Part shown: positions 7,196 to 17,900 of the stretch, in pieces
Layout: each line of letters opens with the position of its first letter
How positions within the stretch are numbered: the stretch's first letter is position 1
From: a virus
Taxonomy: Duplodnaviria; Caudoviricetes
Reading direction: 5' to 3' (one strand)
IMG/VR virus record: IMGVR_UViG_3300003393_000048
Location: 1-26,228 of that record
DNA length: 26,228 nt
The notes under the pieces: generated by a model
Told to the model about the DNA's origin: nothing
The model's input: only the letters and a program-made list of their open reading frames with translations
The model's database searches: none
Made by a program: the position numbers and the translations under genes

Positions 7196-9264
7196 TGGCT
7201 ACCAAACCAACGTACAATGATGATGTCGGGTTACCCGACATTCACTATAATCCTTTACAAGATTACCGTAATGTAACTTACACTACTCGTTTGACAATGA
7301 TGCCGTCACTTGAAGCAACAAAAACAAGACATGATAGAAGTTATGATTACAAAAAAGGTATTGTGTTATGGGAAACTGGCGGCGCTGGTACAGTGTATCT
7401 CGAAGAAATGACAATGGAGTGTGTAGGCGCAGGCAACAGCACTGGTAATTATGTAACAGCACAACCAGTTAGTTTTAAAGGCAGAATAGTTGAACCATTG
7501 GGCGGTAGATTTATTGAAGCATTAACTTTGTCGGCATTAGATTTGGGCTATAGTAATACTGCTGACGGCGTGTGTTTATTTGAAATTTCATTTACAGGAT
7601 ATAACACAGATTCTGATACCCCGGAGCAATGCAAAGGGTGGGACAACGAAGAACTAACATTTCGTTGGTACATACGATTAACTGAATTAAACATGCAACT
7701 TGACTATAAGGGTAGCACATATGACTTTTCCTTTGTAGAAGTTTCGGGACAAGTCCTAAACACTGATTATAATACGCTGGAAGACGGCTTTAGAATGGTA
7801 GGGTCACCTGAGACTATTGGAAGTTTTTGTAAAGAGTTTTCCGACGCACTCAACTTGCGCGAAGAAGAACATGTCAAGGCTGGCATTCGTTGTATTCCTC
7901 ACAAGTATGTGATTACTGCTCACAAAGATATTGCAAATTTAAAAGTCAAGAGCGGCTTTTGGTCAAGACAAACATTTAGTATGTTAATTGGTCGCGGCGA
8001 GATTCAAGGCAAGCCTGGCATGACCGTGCAGCAATTTATATTGAATCAAATTGCTAATAGCGAAGACATGATGAAACATTTGCATCGTATTCCCGAGAAA
8101 AAGGATTATAATAGTCCCGAAGTTAAGCCTGGCCAAATACATATTGTTCCTCGATCAGTGGTTGTGATTCCAGGAGCAAAGGATGTAGAATTAGATAAAG
8201 CGTATGCATTTGACCCTAAATTAGGCACGTCTGCTAAAGAACTACATTTCTTTATAACTACCAAAGAGGATGCACGTACAATCATTAGTCCACAAGAGTA
8301 CAAGGATGCACAGGATCCGCTTCAGCGTGATGCTCGTGTACAAAATTGGATTAAAAAAGGATTGCTACGAAAAGTTTACAGGTGGATTTACACTGGCGAA
8401 AATTCTGAAGTACTTAATGTAGAATTAAAACTTAATAACATGTGGCGTAATGTTAGACCACTGTGGGTTAGTTCGGCAACAGGTAAAGCAATTGCACCCA
8501 CAGCAACTTCCTCAACAGCTCAACAAAAGTCTCCGGCAGCAACAGGTGGAAAGGCAATTGCATGCAATGATGCCAAAGTAGTCAGCGCAAAACAAGAACG
8601 TGTTGCCCCAACGTATGCAGAAGATGCAGAGTTTGATCCGCAGACTGGTAAAATAAAACCCAGAGAAGGTTGGTATCCACACATGCCACAGTTTTATCAT
8701 ATGAACGTGGGTGTCCAACAACAAAGCCAGCAAGGAGCACTAGCGCCAGCTAATGCAAACGAATACGCAGTCTATAGGCAGATTGGCGCAAACATGGCCG
8801 GAAGCGGGGAAATGACAAAGTTAACTTTAGAAGTAGTCGGAGACCCGTATTGGTTAATGCAAATTCCCGGATCGCCTGGAAAGCCGCCGTGGAATGAAGA
8901 TGTATGGGAATATGAAAAAGAACAACTCACCGAAGATCAAATGGCCGAAAAGAGAAAGAAAACTGCTACACACACGTGGCAGCCGTTCATTTATTTTGAT
9001 GCTCAGATACCATCTGCTACAAATAATCCATACACAGATACTATGAAATTGCGTGAAGCAGAAGCACTTAGCGGCGTATATTTTATTACAATGTCAACAA
9101 ACAAATTTACTAAAGGTAAATTTACTACGTCGTTGGCGTGTGTAAGAGAAGCATTGTCTAATCCATGGAAAGGCAAAGTTAAACAGACTGCAACCGCATC
9201 AGGTTCGACTCCCGGTAATGCATCGGCTACAGGTCCAAACAATGCAAACCCAAAGACAAAATAA
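7195..9264 (+). CDS. Putative baseplate hub protein (gp27/gpD-like)
   Basis: Lies between gp53 and gp5; C-terminal LEVVGDPYWL and GVYFIT...F..GKFTTSL motifs typical of hub proteins. Confidence 0.6.
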   Translation: MATKPTYNDDVGLPDIHYNPLQDYRNVTYTTRLTMMPSLEATKTRHDRSYDYKKGIVLWETGGAGTVYLEEMTMECVGAGNSTGNYVTAQPVSFKGRIVEPLGGRFIEALTLSALDLGYSNTADGVCLFEISFTGYNTDSDTPEQCKGWDNEELTFRWYIRLTELNMQLDYKGSTYDFSFVEVSGQVLNTDYNTLEDGFRMVGSPETIGSFCKEFSDALNLREEEHVKAGIRCIPHKYVITAHKDIANLKVKSGFWSRQTFSMLIGRGEIQGKPGMTVQQFILNQIANSEDMMKHLHRIPEKKDYNSPEVKPGQIHIVPRSVVVIPGAKDVELDKAYAFDPKLGTSAKELHFFITTKEDARTIISPQEYKDAQDPLQRDARVQNWIKKGLLRKVYRWIYTGENSEVLNVELKLNNMWRNVRPLWVSSATGKAIAPTATSSTAQQKSPAATGGKAIACNDAKVVSAKQERVAPTYAEDAEFDPQTGKIKPREGWYPHMPQFYHMNVGVQQQSQQGALAPANANEYAVYRQIGANMAGSGEMTKLTLEVVGDPYWLMQIPGSPGKPPWNEDVWEYEKEQLTEDQMAEKRKKTATHTWQPFIYFDAQIPSATNNPYTDTMKLREAEALSGVYFITMSTNKFTKGKFTTSLACVREALSNPWKGKVKQTATASGSTPGNASATGPNNANPKTK

Positions 9265-9272
9265 GGATATAA

Positions 9273-11429
9273 ATGCAAGCAAATAATAAAGGTGGAGCAA
9301 GTGGAGGTGCAGCAGCAGTTGGCAGTAAGATGCATGGGGTATTCCTTGGCAAGATAAAAGATAACATTGATCCCGACGGCTTAGGCAGATTACGAGTATG
9401 GATTCCGCAATTGAGTAATTCAGTAGAATCAAATAAGCAAAGTTGGTTTACTGTGCGCTATTGTCCGCCTTTCGCTGGCGCAACAAACACCCAGGACGAA
9501 TCACAAGCCAAGGACGCAACCAAGTACGCACAGACAAACCAAAGCTACGGCATGTGGATGGTGCCCCCAGATAAAAACGTGCAAGTCATTTGCAGTTTCA
9601 TTAACGGAGAACTGAGTCAAGGCATCTGGTGGGCATGCATGCCGCACGATGGCCACACTCATGCGCTGCCGGCTGTGGCGTCGGGCACAACACATGCAGG
9701 CGAAACAGTTCCATTGGCTGAACGCAATAGATACAACACCGCTGACCCTGATCCCGAGCGCAGACCTACACATCCGTTAAACAACGTAATTAGACGTCAA
9801 GGTCTTGAAAAAGATTTGCGTCGAGGTCACATTAATGCTGGCCCTTTTAGAAACAAAGGCAAGCATACTGGCTTGGCATATGGAATTTTATCACCTGGAC
9901 AACATCAGTTAGTAATCGACGATGGCGAAGGTTTTAAAAACGGTCAAATTAGATTACGCACAGCCTCGGGCAATACGTTTATCATGGACAATGACGAAGG
10001 CTTCATTTATTTTGTCAACGCAACAGGCAATGCCTGGATGCAACTTGATAAAGAAGGCAACGTAGACGTTTATGCAGGCGGCTCGTTTAGCGTAAATGCT
10101 GGAGAAAGTATTAACCTTCGCGCTGGCAATAACATTAACTTAGATGCTGGCAGCAATATTAATGCAGGCGCCGCAAATAACGTGGAAATAGAAGCATGCC
10201 AAGTATTCAATGCAACTGGTACAACCGGAATGAAGTTAAGCACTGGGCAAAACATGAACATTTTGGCAGATAGTCAATTTAAAATGACCGGCCAGCGTAT
10301 TGATTTAAACGGGCCTCCAGCAGAACGTGCAACTTTACCAACACCAAACAGTCTGGCAACAAACACCACAGTTGGCAAGAGCATTGCCGGCCGTGTACCC
10401 GAAGCTGAACCATATGGCGGCCACGTCAGTAAAGGTGGCGAGCAGCCTACTGTAGTCACAGGTTCTGCTCCGATTGACGATCCTGTAATTACGCCATCAC
10501 CAGAAAGTTATGCAGATAAGCCATCACCAGAAGAAACAAATGCAATTGATTGTGTACCAGAACCAACTAAGAGTGTATTAAGTGACGAAGGATTTAAGGT
10601 TTTAAAAAGTCGCGAAGCATATTGCGGTATCATGTACAGCGACTTCCAAGGTTACAGCATTGGATACGGTATACGTTTAGATATTTTTGGTCCAGGTGGC
10701 GGCGGCAAAATTGATGAAAACTTAAAGAAGGCACTGTTGGCGGGCCCAAGCGAGCCCGAAGCACGTTTGGCGAGTCGTCAAATTATTGATCGTGAAAATA
10801 CACCACGAGTTATGCGAGCACTTGAAAAGGCAAAAAGTAGTGCAGGCAAGACAGTTTGTATTACACAGTCTCAAATTGACGGCTTAATTATGGCCTCGTA
10901 CAGCAGACCAACAGCAGCTGATCAAATGGCAGCAGACTTGGTTGCAGCCGCAGCTTCAACCGCAGACGGTAAGCCCACTAACGAAGCCATTGCTAAAATT
11001 TGGGCAAATTCAAACTATAATAACAGTGCTCAGGTTCGTAATAGCGATGCAAAATATGCAATGACCGGAAAACCAAATGCTGACACACGAGTAATGGAAC
11101 CGTCACAGCTACAATCAGAAGGAATTAAGCGAGATTTATCTCGCTTAAAGAACAATAAAGTGCAACTGCCCAACTCTAGTGAGTGGCGTACCCCGTATGG
11201 CAACGGCGGCCAATCGGGGACAAAAGTTGACAATACTTACGGAAAACCAACACCACAGCATCTGGCGCAATGGGAAAGAAGCTATTATCTAAATACTGGA
11301 GCGGTTCCATATGGTAGTAACTTGACAGTAGAACAATTGCGTGACAAGTATGGTTCCCCGCATACTGGCGGCAATAATCCTCCGGGCACAGCAGCGGCCG
11401 GCAATGCATCAAGTGCTAATATGGCATAA
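9273..11429 (+). CDS. gp5: Baseplate central spike (gp5/VgrG-like) with C-terminal GH24 lysozyme-like domain
   Basis: OB-fold GKIKDNIDPDGLGRLRVWIP; beta-helix repeats (INLRAGNNINLDAGSNINAGA) ending RIDLN; then SDEG...REAY...YSD..GYSIGYG and TQSQIDGL lysozyme-like motifs. Confidence 0.85.
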   Translation: MQANNKGGASGGAAAVGSKMHGVFLGKIKDNIDPDGLGRLRVWIPQLSNSVESNKQSWFTVRYCPPFAGATNTQDESQAKDATKYAQTNQSYGMWMVPPDKNVQVICSFINGELSQGIWWACMPHDGHTHALPAVASGTTHAGETVPLAERNRYNTADPDPERRPTHPLNNVIRRQGLEKDLRRGHINAGPFRNKGKHTGLAYGILSPGQHQLVIDDGEGFKNGQIRLRTASGNTFIMDNDEGFIYFVNATGNAWMQLDKEGNVDVYAGGSFSVNAGESINLRAGNNINLDAGSNINAGAANNVEIEACQVFNATGTTGMKLSTGQNMNILADSQFKMTGQRIDLNGPPAERATLPTPNSLATNTTVGKSIAGRVPEAEPYGGHVSKGGEQPTVVTGSAPIDDPVITPSPESYADKPSPEETNAIDCVPEPTKSVLSDEGFKVLKSREAYCGIMYSDFQGYSIGYGIRLDIFGPGGGGKIDENLKKALLAGPSEPEARLASRQIIDRENTPRVMRALEKAKSSAGKTVCITQSQIDGLIMASYSRPTAADQMAADLVAAAASTADGKPTNEAIAKIWANSNYNNSAQVRNSDAKYAMTGKPNADTRVMEPSQLQSEGIKRDLSRLKNNKVQLPNSSEWRTPYGNGGQSGTKVDNTYGKPTPQHLAQWERSYYLNTGAVPYGSNLTVEQLRDKYGSPHTGGNNPPGTAAAGNASSANMA

Positions 11430-11456
11430 GATAAAACCCAGCTTATTAAAACTTGG

Positions 11457-11462
11457 TAAATA
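11457..11462 (+). promoter_or_regulatory. Putative late promoter core TAAATA, 5 nt before the gp25 ATG
   Basis: GGTAAATAGGTGTATG in the intergenic gap. Confidence 0.65.
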
Positions 11463-11467
11463 GGTGT

Positions 11468-11848
11468 ATGCCAAGTTACACATCAAAATTCCGCGGGTAC
11501 AGCTCAATTGGGACTACTTTTTTAAATCCAGTCCTATACGATCTTGCCCTCGCAAAACAAGACTTACTAAACCACTTTAATACTCGCAAAGGCGAACGTA
11601 TTATGATGCCAGAATTTGGCAGCATAGTATGGGATATGCTTTTTGAACCGTTGGATGATTATACAATCAATCTAATTGACGCTGATGTACGGTTAATTAT
11701 TAAAAGTGATCCGCGTTGGTCATTACAAGGTGTAACTATTAGCGAAGGCCCAAATGCACTTAACATTGAAGTTATAGTGACATATTTGCCCACAGAAGAA
11801 GAAGTATTACTACCATTAGTATACGATAAAGGAACGAACACATTATGA
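11468..11848 (+). CDS. gp25: Baseplate wedge subunit (gp25-like)
   Basis: KQDLLNHFNTRKGERIMMPEFGS..W..LFEP...DPR motifs; ATG at 11468 preferred over the TTG at 11453. Confidence 0.92.
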   Translation: MPSYTSKFRGYSSIGTTFLNPVLYDLALAKQDLLNHFNTRKGERIMMPEFGSIVWDMLFEPLDDYTINLIDADVRLIIKSDPRWSLQGVTISEGPNALNIEVIVTYLPTEEEVLLPLVYDKGTNTL

Positions 11849-14800
11849 GCCAGACACGACGCCTAGGACAGTTAAATGCCGCTGAAAGCTGGCTTAACAA
11901 TTATCGTTATCTAGTAAACGCAGATTTTAAAGCGTACGACTTTGAAAGTCTAAGAGCTGCATTATTAGAGCACATCCAATTAAACTATCCCGAAGACTTT
12001 AACGACTTTATTAGTTCAAGTGAGTACGTTGCACTTGTTGACTTGATGGCGTTCATGGGACAGAACTTATCATTCCGTGCAGATTTAAACCTACGCGAAA
12101 CATTTTTAGAAACAGCAGAAGTTCGTGGCAATGTATTAAGTATTGCTCGTCAACTTGGTTATAAGCCATTCCGTAACGGCGCAGCCACTGGCTTCTTAAA
12201 GATTACTTCTGTAACAACTACACAAGAATTATATGACAGCAAGGGCACAAACTTAGCTGGCAAAACTATTGTGTGGGCCGATCCCTTGAACTTGGATTTC
12301 AATGAACAGTTTTCTTTAATTTTAAATCAAGCATTAAACAAATCTAATCCAATTGGTCGTCCTGTAAGTTCAATGTCTGCCAATGGTACTACACGTCAGA
12401 TTTACGAACTTGACCAGCCAAGCACACGAACAATGGTTGAAACATTTTCGTTAACTGCAAGAAACAACAATAGCTACTCGTGCGAATTAGTCCCAATCGT
12501 CATTGACTCGACTACTGAGCTTGCAACAGAAAATACTCCAAACCCTTACGGTCGTCAGACAGTGTTGTTTAACAATGACGGATCTGGTTATGGATCGAGC
12601 AGTAACGGCTGGTTCTTTATGTTCAAGCAAGGTGCTTTAAAGTTTGAAGACTTTGTATTGACCACACGAGTAGAAAACCGTGTAATTGATCTACAAGGTA
12701 GTAACATCAACGAAACAGATATTTGGGTGCAAAGTGTTGACTCACTTGGTCAAGTACTTGACCAGTGGACTCCGGTTCCAAACACAAACAATAAAAATAT
12801 TGTGTTCAACGCAGTAGCCAAAGACGTACGAAAAGTATACGAAGTTATTACTCGCGAAAATGATTCAGTATCGCTAAAGTTTGGGGACGACATTTTTGCA
12901 GATATCCCTACAGGTAATATTCGTGTATGGTACCGCGAAAGTGCAAATGAAACATTGACAATTTCTTCTAACGATGTAGCAGGATTAGAGACGTCGATTC
13001 GTTTTGTTGACGGGACGCTAACAGAGCAAGATTTAACAATTACTCTTGAACTGTCAACAGCCGCTTCAAGTACAGCAGGCGAAACATTAGAACAAATTAA
13101 AAATAGAGCAAGCCGCACAAGTGCAAGTCAAGACCGTATGATTACAGCGTCTGACTACAACATTTATCCAGAAGGCAAAGTAAGCGGGGTTGATAAGATT
13201 AACGCAGTCAATCGAACACATGCTGGCCAAAGTGTTTACGCTGACTTATCAGATCCAACTGGTACCTACCGTCCGGTGATTACATTTGCCGATGATGGCT
13301 TTATCTACGAAACTGAAGTAGTTTCTTCTACTACTCGTGATTCATTGGTAGGCACACAAGAGGTTTTGTCTTGGATTGAAAATAGTTTATTAAACAGACA
13401 CTTGCATCAGTTATACTATAAAAAATATACTCCAATAACGCCAGCAGCTGGCGTTGGTGTTAAGTGGGTAACAGTAAATTCTGGAAATGCAACCACAACT
13501 GGTCACTTTTCAGTTGTATCAAATAATGCGCCGCTACGAGTTGGTCGCGGAAGTCCAGACATCCGATATAGAACCATTGGCAAGAACAGCCTGGTAAAAA
13601 CTGCTGGCGGCAAGTGGAGCCGTGTACTAGACGTATATCGTGAAGGTCTTGGCGTAAGCGATAACGATGGCAATAACACTGGCTTACGTGCCAATGGCCA
13701 AGGCTCTGTGTTCTTAAATTCTATCTTGACATCTACAGGTGTTGAAGCATGGTTTCCTGCATTACGCACAATTTTTACTCCTACTGAGCAACGAGAAATC
13801 CTTGCTGAAATTCGTGCTGCCCGCGGCTTTGGTTTAAAGTATGTAAACACATCGACTCAGCCAGACCGTTGGAAAATTATTTCAGTAGACTCTGTTGAAA
13901 CAACAGGAAATCTTGTTGCCCCAACTGAACAAAACTCAACGTCTGGATCAAGCTGGTTAGTACGTTTAGATTACGATACAACAACAGGCGCTTGGACATT
14001 GTTCACACGTAACGATCAAACAGTGTTTGGCAGTGTTGATCAGTTAACATTCCATAATCAACGTTTTGGGCAAGCATTTGATTCATCATCAAAACGAGTA
14101 CTCAAAGATACTATTAAATTTTTAACACAAAACGGATTGGCGTCGGAGTTATCGCTTGATGTTGCAGACTACTTTAAGTTAGATGATGGTAGATGCGATT
14201 CAACTAGAGTTATGTTACTACTTCCCGGACTAAATGAAAACTTAGCACCAAATGATCCAGATGTAATCAGTAAACTCATCAATGGAACCATTCAACTTGA
14301 ACGTGTATCGTTTGTTGACACCAAAGGCCAATATACATTAAAACCAAGTAATCAGCTTGGCGTTGCAACGCCGGGAAGAAAAGATTTAAAAGTACAAAGT
14401 ACTCATGTTCCGTTAAGGGATAATCGAGTTGATGCATCAACAACGAATATTGTTGATATGTATGTACTAACATCAAACTATAATAGTGCATACCGCGCCT
14501 GGGTAAACAGCGGCGCCGATGCAACAACAAAACCACTACCTCTAACTTCGTACGGTTTAGAAAAGCTAATGAGTGCAATTGTTCCTTACAAGAGCATTAG
14601 TGACAGTATTATTTTCCATCCTGTAAACTATAAAGTTATTTTTGGTAAAAATGCAGACAGTAGAAATCAAGTTACTATTCGCATTACCAAGAGCGACACT
14701 ACTCGAATTAGTGACGCCGAAATTCGTAGTCGAGTAATTACTGCAATCAATGATTACTTTGCAGTTGATAACTGGGATTTTGGCGAAACATTTTATTTCA

Positions 14801-14973
14801 CTGACATGGCTTCGTGGATACATAAGTCGTTAGGTGGAATTATTAGTAGCATTGTTTTGATACCAAAACAAAAACAATTAACAAGCAATGACTTGTTTCA
14901 AATTCCATGTGAAGATAATGAAATTTTTATCAGTAGCGCAACTGTAAACGACGTTGAAGTTGTTTCAAATTAA
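11845..14973 (+). CDS. gp6: Baseplate wedge subunit (gp6-like), extended
   Basis: YDFESLR..L, DF..SSE, ETFLETA, ARQLGYKP, LKFGDDIF..IP, ETLEQIK..A and QDRMITASDY motifs; follows gp25. Confidence 0.9.
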   Translation: MSQTRRLGQLNAAESWLNNYRYLVNADFKAYDFESLRAALLEHIQLNYPEDFNDFISSSEYVALVDLMAFMGQNLSFRADLNLRETFLETAEVRGNVLSIARQLGYKPFRNGAATGFLKITSVTTTQELYDSKGTNLAGKTIVWADPLNLDFNEQFSLILNQALNKSNPIGRPVSSMSANGTTRQIYELDQPSTRTMVETFSLTARNNNSYSCELVPIVIDSTTELATENTPNPYGRQTVLFNNDGSGYGSSSNGWFFMFKQGALKFEDFVLTTRVENRVIDLQGSNINETDIWVQSVDSLGQVLDQWTPVPNTNNKNIVFNAVAKDVRKVYEVITRENDSVSLKFGDDIFADIPTGNIRVWYRESANETLTISSNDVAGLETSIRFVDGTLTEQDLTITLELSTAASSTAGETLEQIKNRASRTSASQDRMITASDYNIYPEGKVSGVDKINAVNRTHAGQSVYADLSDPTGTYRPVITFADDGFIYETEVVSSTTRDSLVGTQEVLSWIENSLLNRHLHQLYYKKYTPITPAAGVGVKWVTVNSGNATTTGHFSVVSNNAPLRVGRGSPDIRYRTIGKNSLVKTAGGKWSRVLDVYREGLGVSDNDGNNTGLRANGQGSVFLNSILTSTGVEAWFPALRTIFTPTEQREILAEIRAARGFGLKYVNTSTQPDRWKIISVDSVETTGNLVAPTEQNSTSGSSWLVRLDYDTTTGAWTLFTRNDQTVFGSVDQLTFHNQRFGQAFDSSSKRVLKDTIKFLTQNGLASELSLDVADYFKLDDGRCDSTRVMLLLPGLNENLAPNDPDVISKLINGTIQLERVSFVDTKGQYTLKPSNQLGVATPGRKDLKVQSTHVPLRDNRVDASTTNIVDMYVLTSNYNSAYRAWVNSGADATTKPLPLTSYGLEKLMSAIVPYKSISDSIIFHPVNYKVIFGKNADSRNQVTIRITKSDTTRISDAEIRSRVITAINDYFAVDNWDFGETFYFTDMASWIHKSLGGIISSIVLIPKQKQLTSNDLFQIPCEDNEIFISSATVNDVEVVSN

Positions 14974-14985
14974 TAAGGCAAAGAG

Positions 14986-17900
14986 ATGGCAAAAGATCCA
15001 AAAAAATTAAACCCTGAAAATCCATACAGTAAAACGTATCCGGGTCAGGATTTAAACACAGGTGTTTCTCCGGGGACAACTGATCTGCTTCCTGCAATTT
15101 TTAAAACTGAAACTAATAAGAAAGTTCTAAGTGCAATAGTTGAAGACTTATTTCAACCAAGTTCAATTGAAACATTAAACTATGCAGTTGGACGTAACAG
15201 AACAAAGTTCACAGGCTTAGATTATTTGCCACATCCAATTGCTCGTAGACAATTGGAAACTGGCCTGGCACTGTTTAATGACACTGGTGTGTCTGTGTTA
15301 ACAGCCGACGACATTGCAACAGCATGGGAGTTAAATGATAGAACAAACGAAACTGTAGAGCCAATTAGCATTTTAGATTTACCAATTGATCCGGATAAGT
15401 TTTTAAATTGGGCAAACTATTACTGGATTGAAGAACGTATGCCAGTGGTATTTTTAACCAGCGGAACAACCGACGCATTAAATGTACAAGCTGATATCAT
15501 TGGTAAAAAATATTACTCATCGCCGATTCAGGCCAACGGCCGCAATTTAGAATTTAAAAATGGTATGCGAGTAGTGTTTCACCAACGTCCGGGCGTGGCT
15601 ATTACCAATGGAGATTTAGATGCAGACTTGTTAACCAATGGCACTGATCAACTACATTTGGATTACGAATTTATCAATTACGATAGGGGACTGATTGGGG
15701 TCTCTGTTGACGGCGTTATTTTAACACAGGGTGTTGATTATTACATTACCGGAAACCACATTGTTTGGTTAACTGAATTTCCTACATTAAAGGCAGTGCA
15801 TGTTCATGCGCCAAATTATTATATAACATTAGATGATGAAATTAGATTGCGGTCATGGTTAGTGTACGGCGTTGGCTCCGAAGAGGGTATTCAGTTACTG
15901 GGCCTGGCTTCACAATTTACAAATACAGTTTACAGTAAGTTATCAAATGCATTATGGGATCAAGCAGCAGTACCTTGGGATCGTGTAGAATGGGACGGAT
16001 TTATCCCGGGCATTAACCCAAAAGAATATATTCTGCAAGAGCCGGGCGCACATAACAGAAATGCACATAGTAGAACAAATTGCTGGTTCCATAAATCAAC
16101 TATACAAACTACAGTTGACTTTCTGGGCATTGAATTTGGCGATATTGCAAACAGCGATAGTCGTGCATTACGCCCAATTGTTGAATTTGAAAACAGTCTC
16201 GAGTTATACAATCACGGTACACGTTACCGCGCCTGGCCTACGTTCCTGGTGAATGAGTTGAACATAAGCATTTCAGACTTTTTTAACTTGCCGTTAGTTG
16301 ATAGCAACACTACAACATTAAATGCAAGATATATGTCATTGCTTGCTAAACTTGACAGACCAGTTGACATTGTTGTACAGACACAAATCAATGCTAATTT
16401 CAAGTTGGCATTAAATGCTTCATCAATTCCACAAGACGAACTTATTAAGATTTTAAGTAACCTTGACAAGGATAACGCTGCCGGTAGAATTCCCAAGTAT
16501 GCAGTTTACAAAATAAACGGCAATAGTATTACATGGATTAAAAACCCACCAGCATCTAACTGGACTATTACCTACAGAATTTCAGGCGTACTATTGTCTG
16601 CGTTGCGTATCTTGTGGCTAGCAAAAGATGTAAACATAAACAAAATCTTAAACATTCGACATGATGGCAATGTGACTACCGGAGTGACCAAAGAAATAGC
16701 AGTTGACGGTGATGCAGTAGTAATTAACGTAACTTCATCAGCTGATAGACATTACTTAAAAGAGTACCATTGGAAGAATGGTGTAGCAATTCCAGCAACA
16801 TTCCGCACTACCGCCATTCAACAACCAGTATTTGAAATTTACAGTCGTGACGGCGTCAAGTTAAGTGCAAGTACGCGAACAAAACCTTCAGTGGTTAATA
16901 GTACTATTGTTAAAATTAAAACTGGCACACATTTTGATGCTGAGTCTGGTTACTCACTTGACTTTTTACCAACACAGTTTACACAGTTATCAGCTGATAA
17001 CATGGCAGTAAACAGTATGTACAACATTTTATACGAGCATACTCTTCAAACAACGGCGTCGTATATTGACAGTACTGGAACACAGCAACCTGTGCCTGGC
17101 CCGTACTCATTTTGTAGATATGCCAGTGGAGATACAGCTACCGAATTAAGTAATGGCTACCGCCGTGCTTGGTTCAAATTGAAAAGCTGGGCACTTCGTT
17201 CACAAAGCGTTGACAGCACAACAACTATACAATTAGACGGTTCAATGTGGCCGGAATATAACTGGGCAGTTAAGATTGTCAATGGGGTAGGTACAGTATT
17301 GCACACCGATGACTTTAAAACAGTTGTTGATAATGTAGCAGTAGGCGCACGTGGCCGCGCTGTCTCATTCCAAGTATATCACAATGGCCTACAAACTACA
17401 GCAACAGTGCAAGGTCAGGGGTTTGATGCATTTGATGTTCCTGTAGTAGATGGCACAGTTACATTTGTTGTTCCAACAACAGCAGTTGATACGCTAACTG
17501 TTTCTGTTGGCTTTATCAGTTTTACTGCTCGCTTAATTGAACTTAAAGATGATCCGCGATTTGTAAAAATTAGATTAAACGGTCTTCCTGTAGATTACAC
17601 AGTTGATTCAACTGCTTATACAGTTACATTACATGGTCCCGGAATTGCCGAGATTCAACATCAAGGTAATGCTATTGATGGTGATCATATTACTGCTATT
17701 CCAGGCATTGATTATAATCCAGAACAGTTTGAAAACTTTGGTGAGATCAGTGTAGCACGAATTATCAAAGGTTTATCTAAGAACATAGCAGTAAACACTG
17801 CTGGCACTCGCGAATGGATTGACAGTCCACGATTTAAAACACTTGACGGCATTTACATGGCTGACAACAGTGCAATACGTAGTTCATGGGCAAATTTTGC

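Noticed and set aside
9268-9275. TATAAATG as a late promoter before gp5
   Set aside because: It overlaps the SD spacer and ATG and lacks the final A; probably coincidental.
11453-11467. TTG start for gp25 at 11453
   Set aside because: It spans the TAAATA promoter core; the ATG at 11468 fits better.
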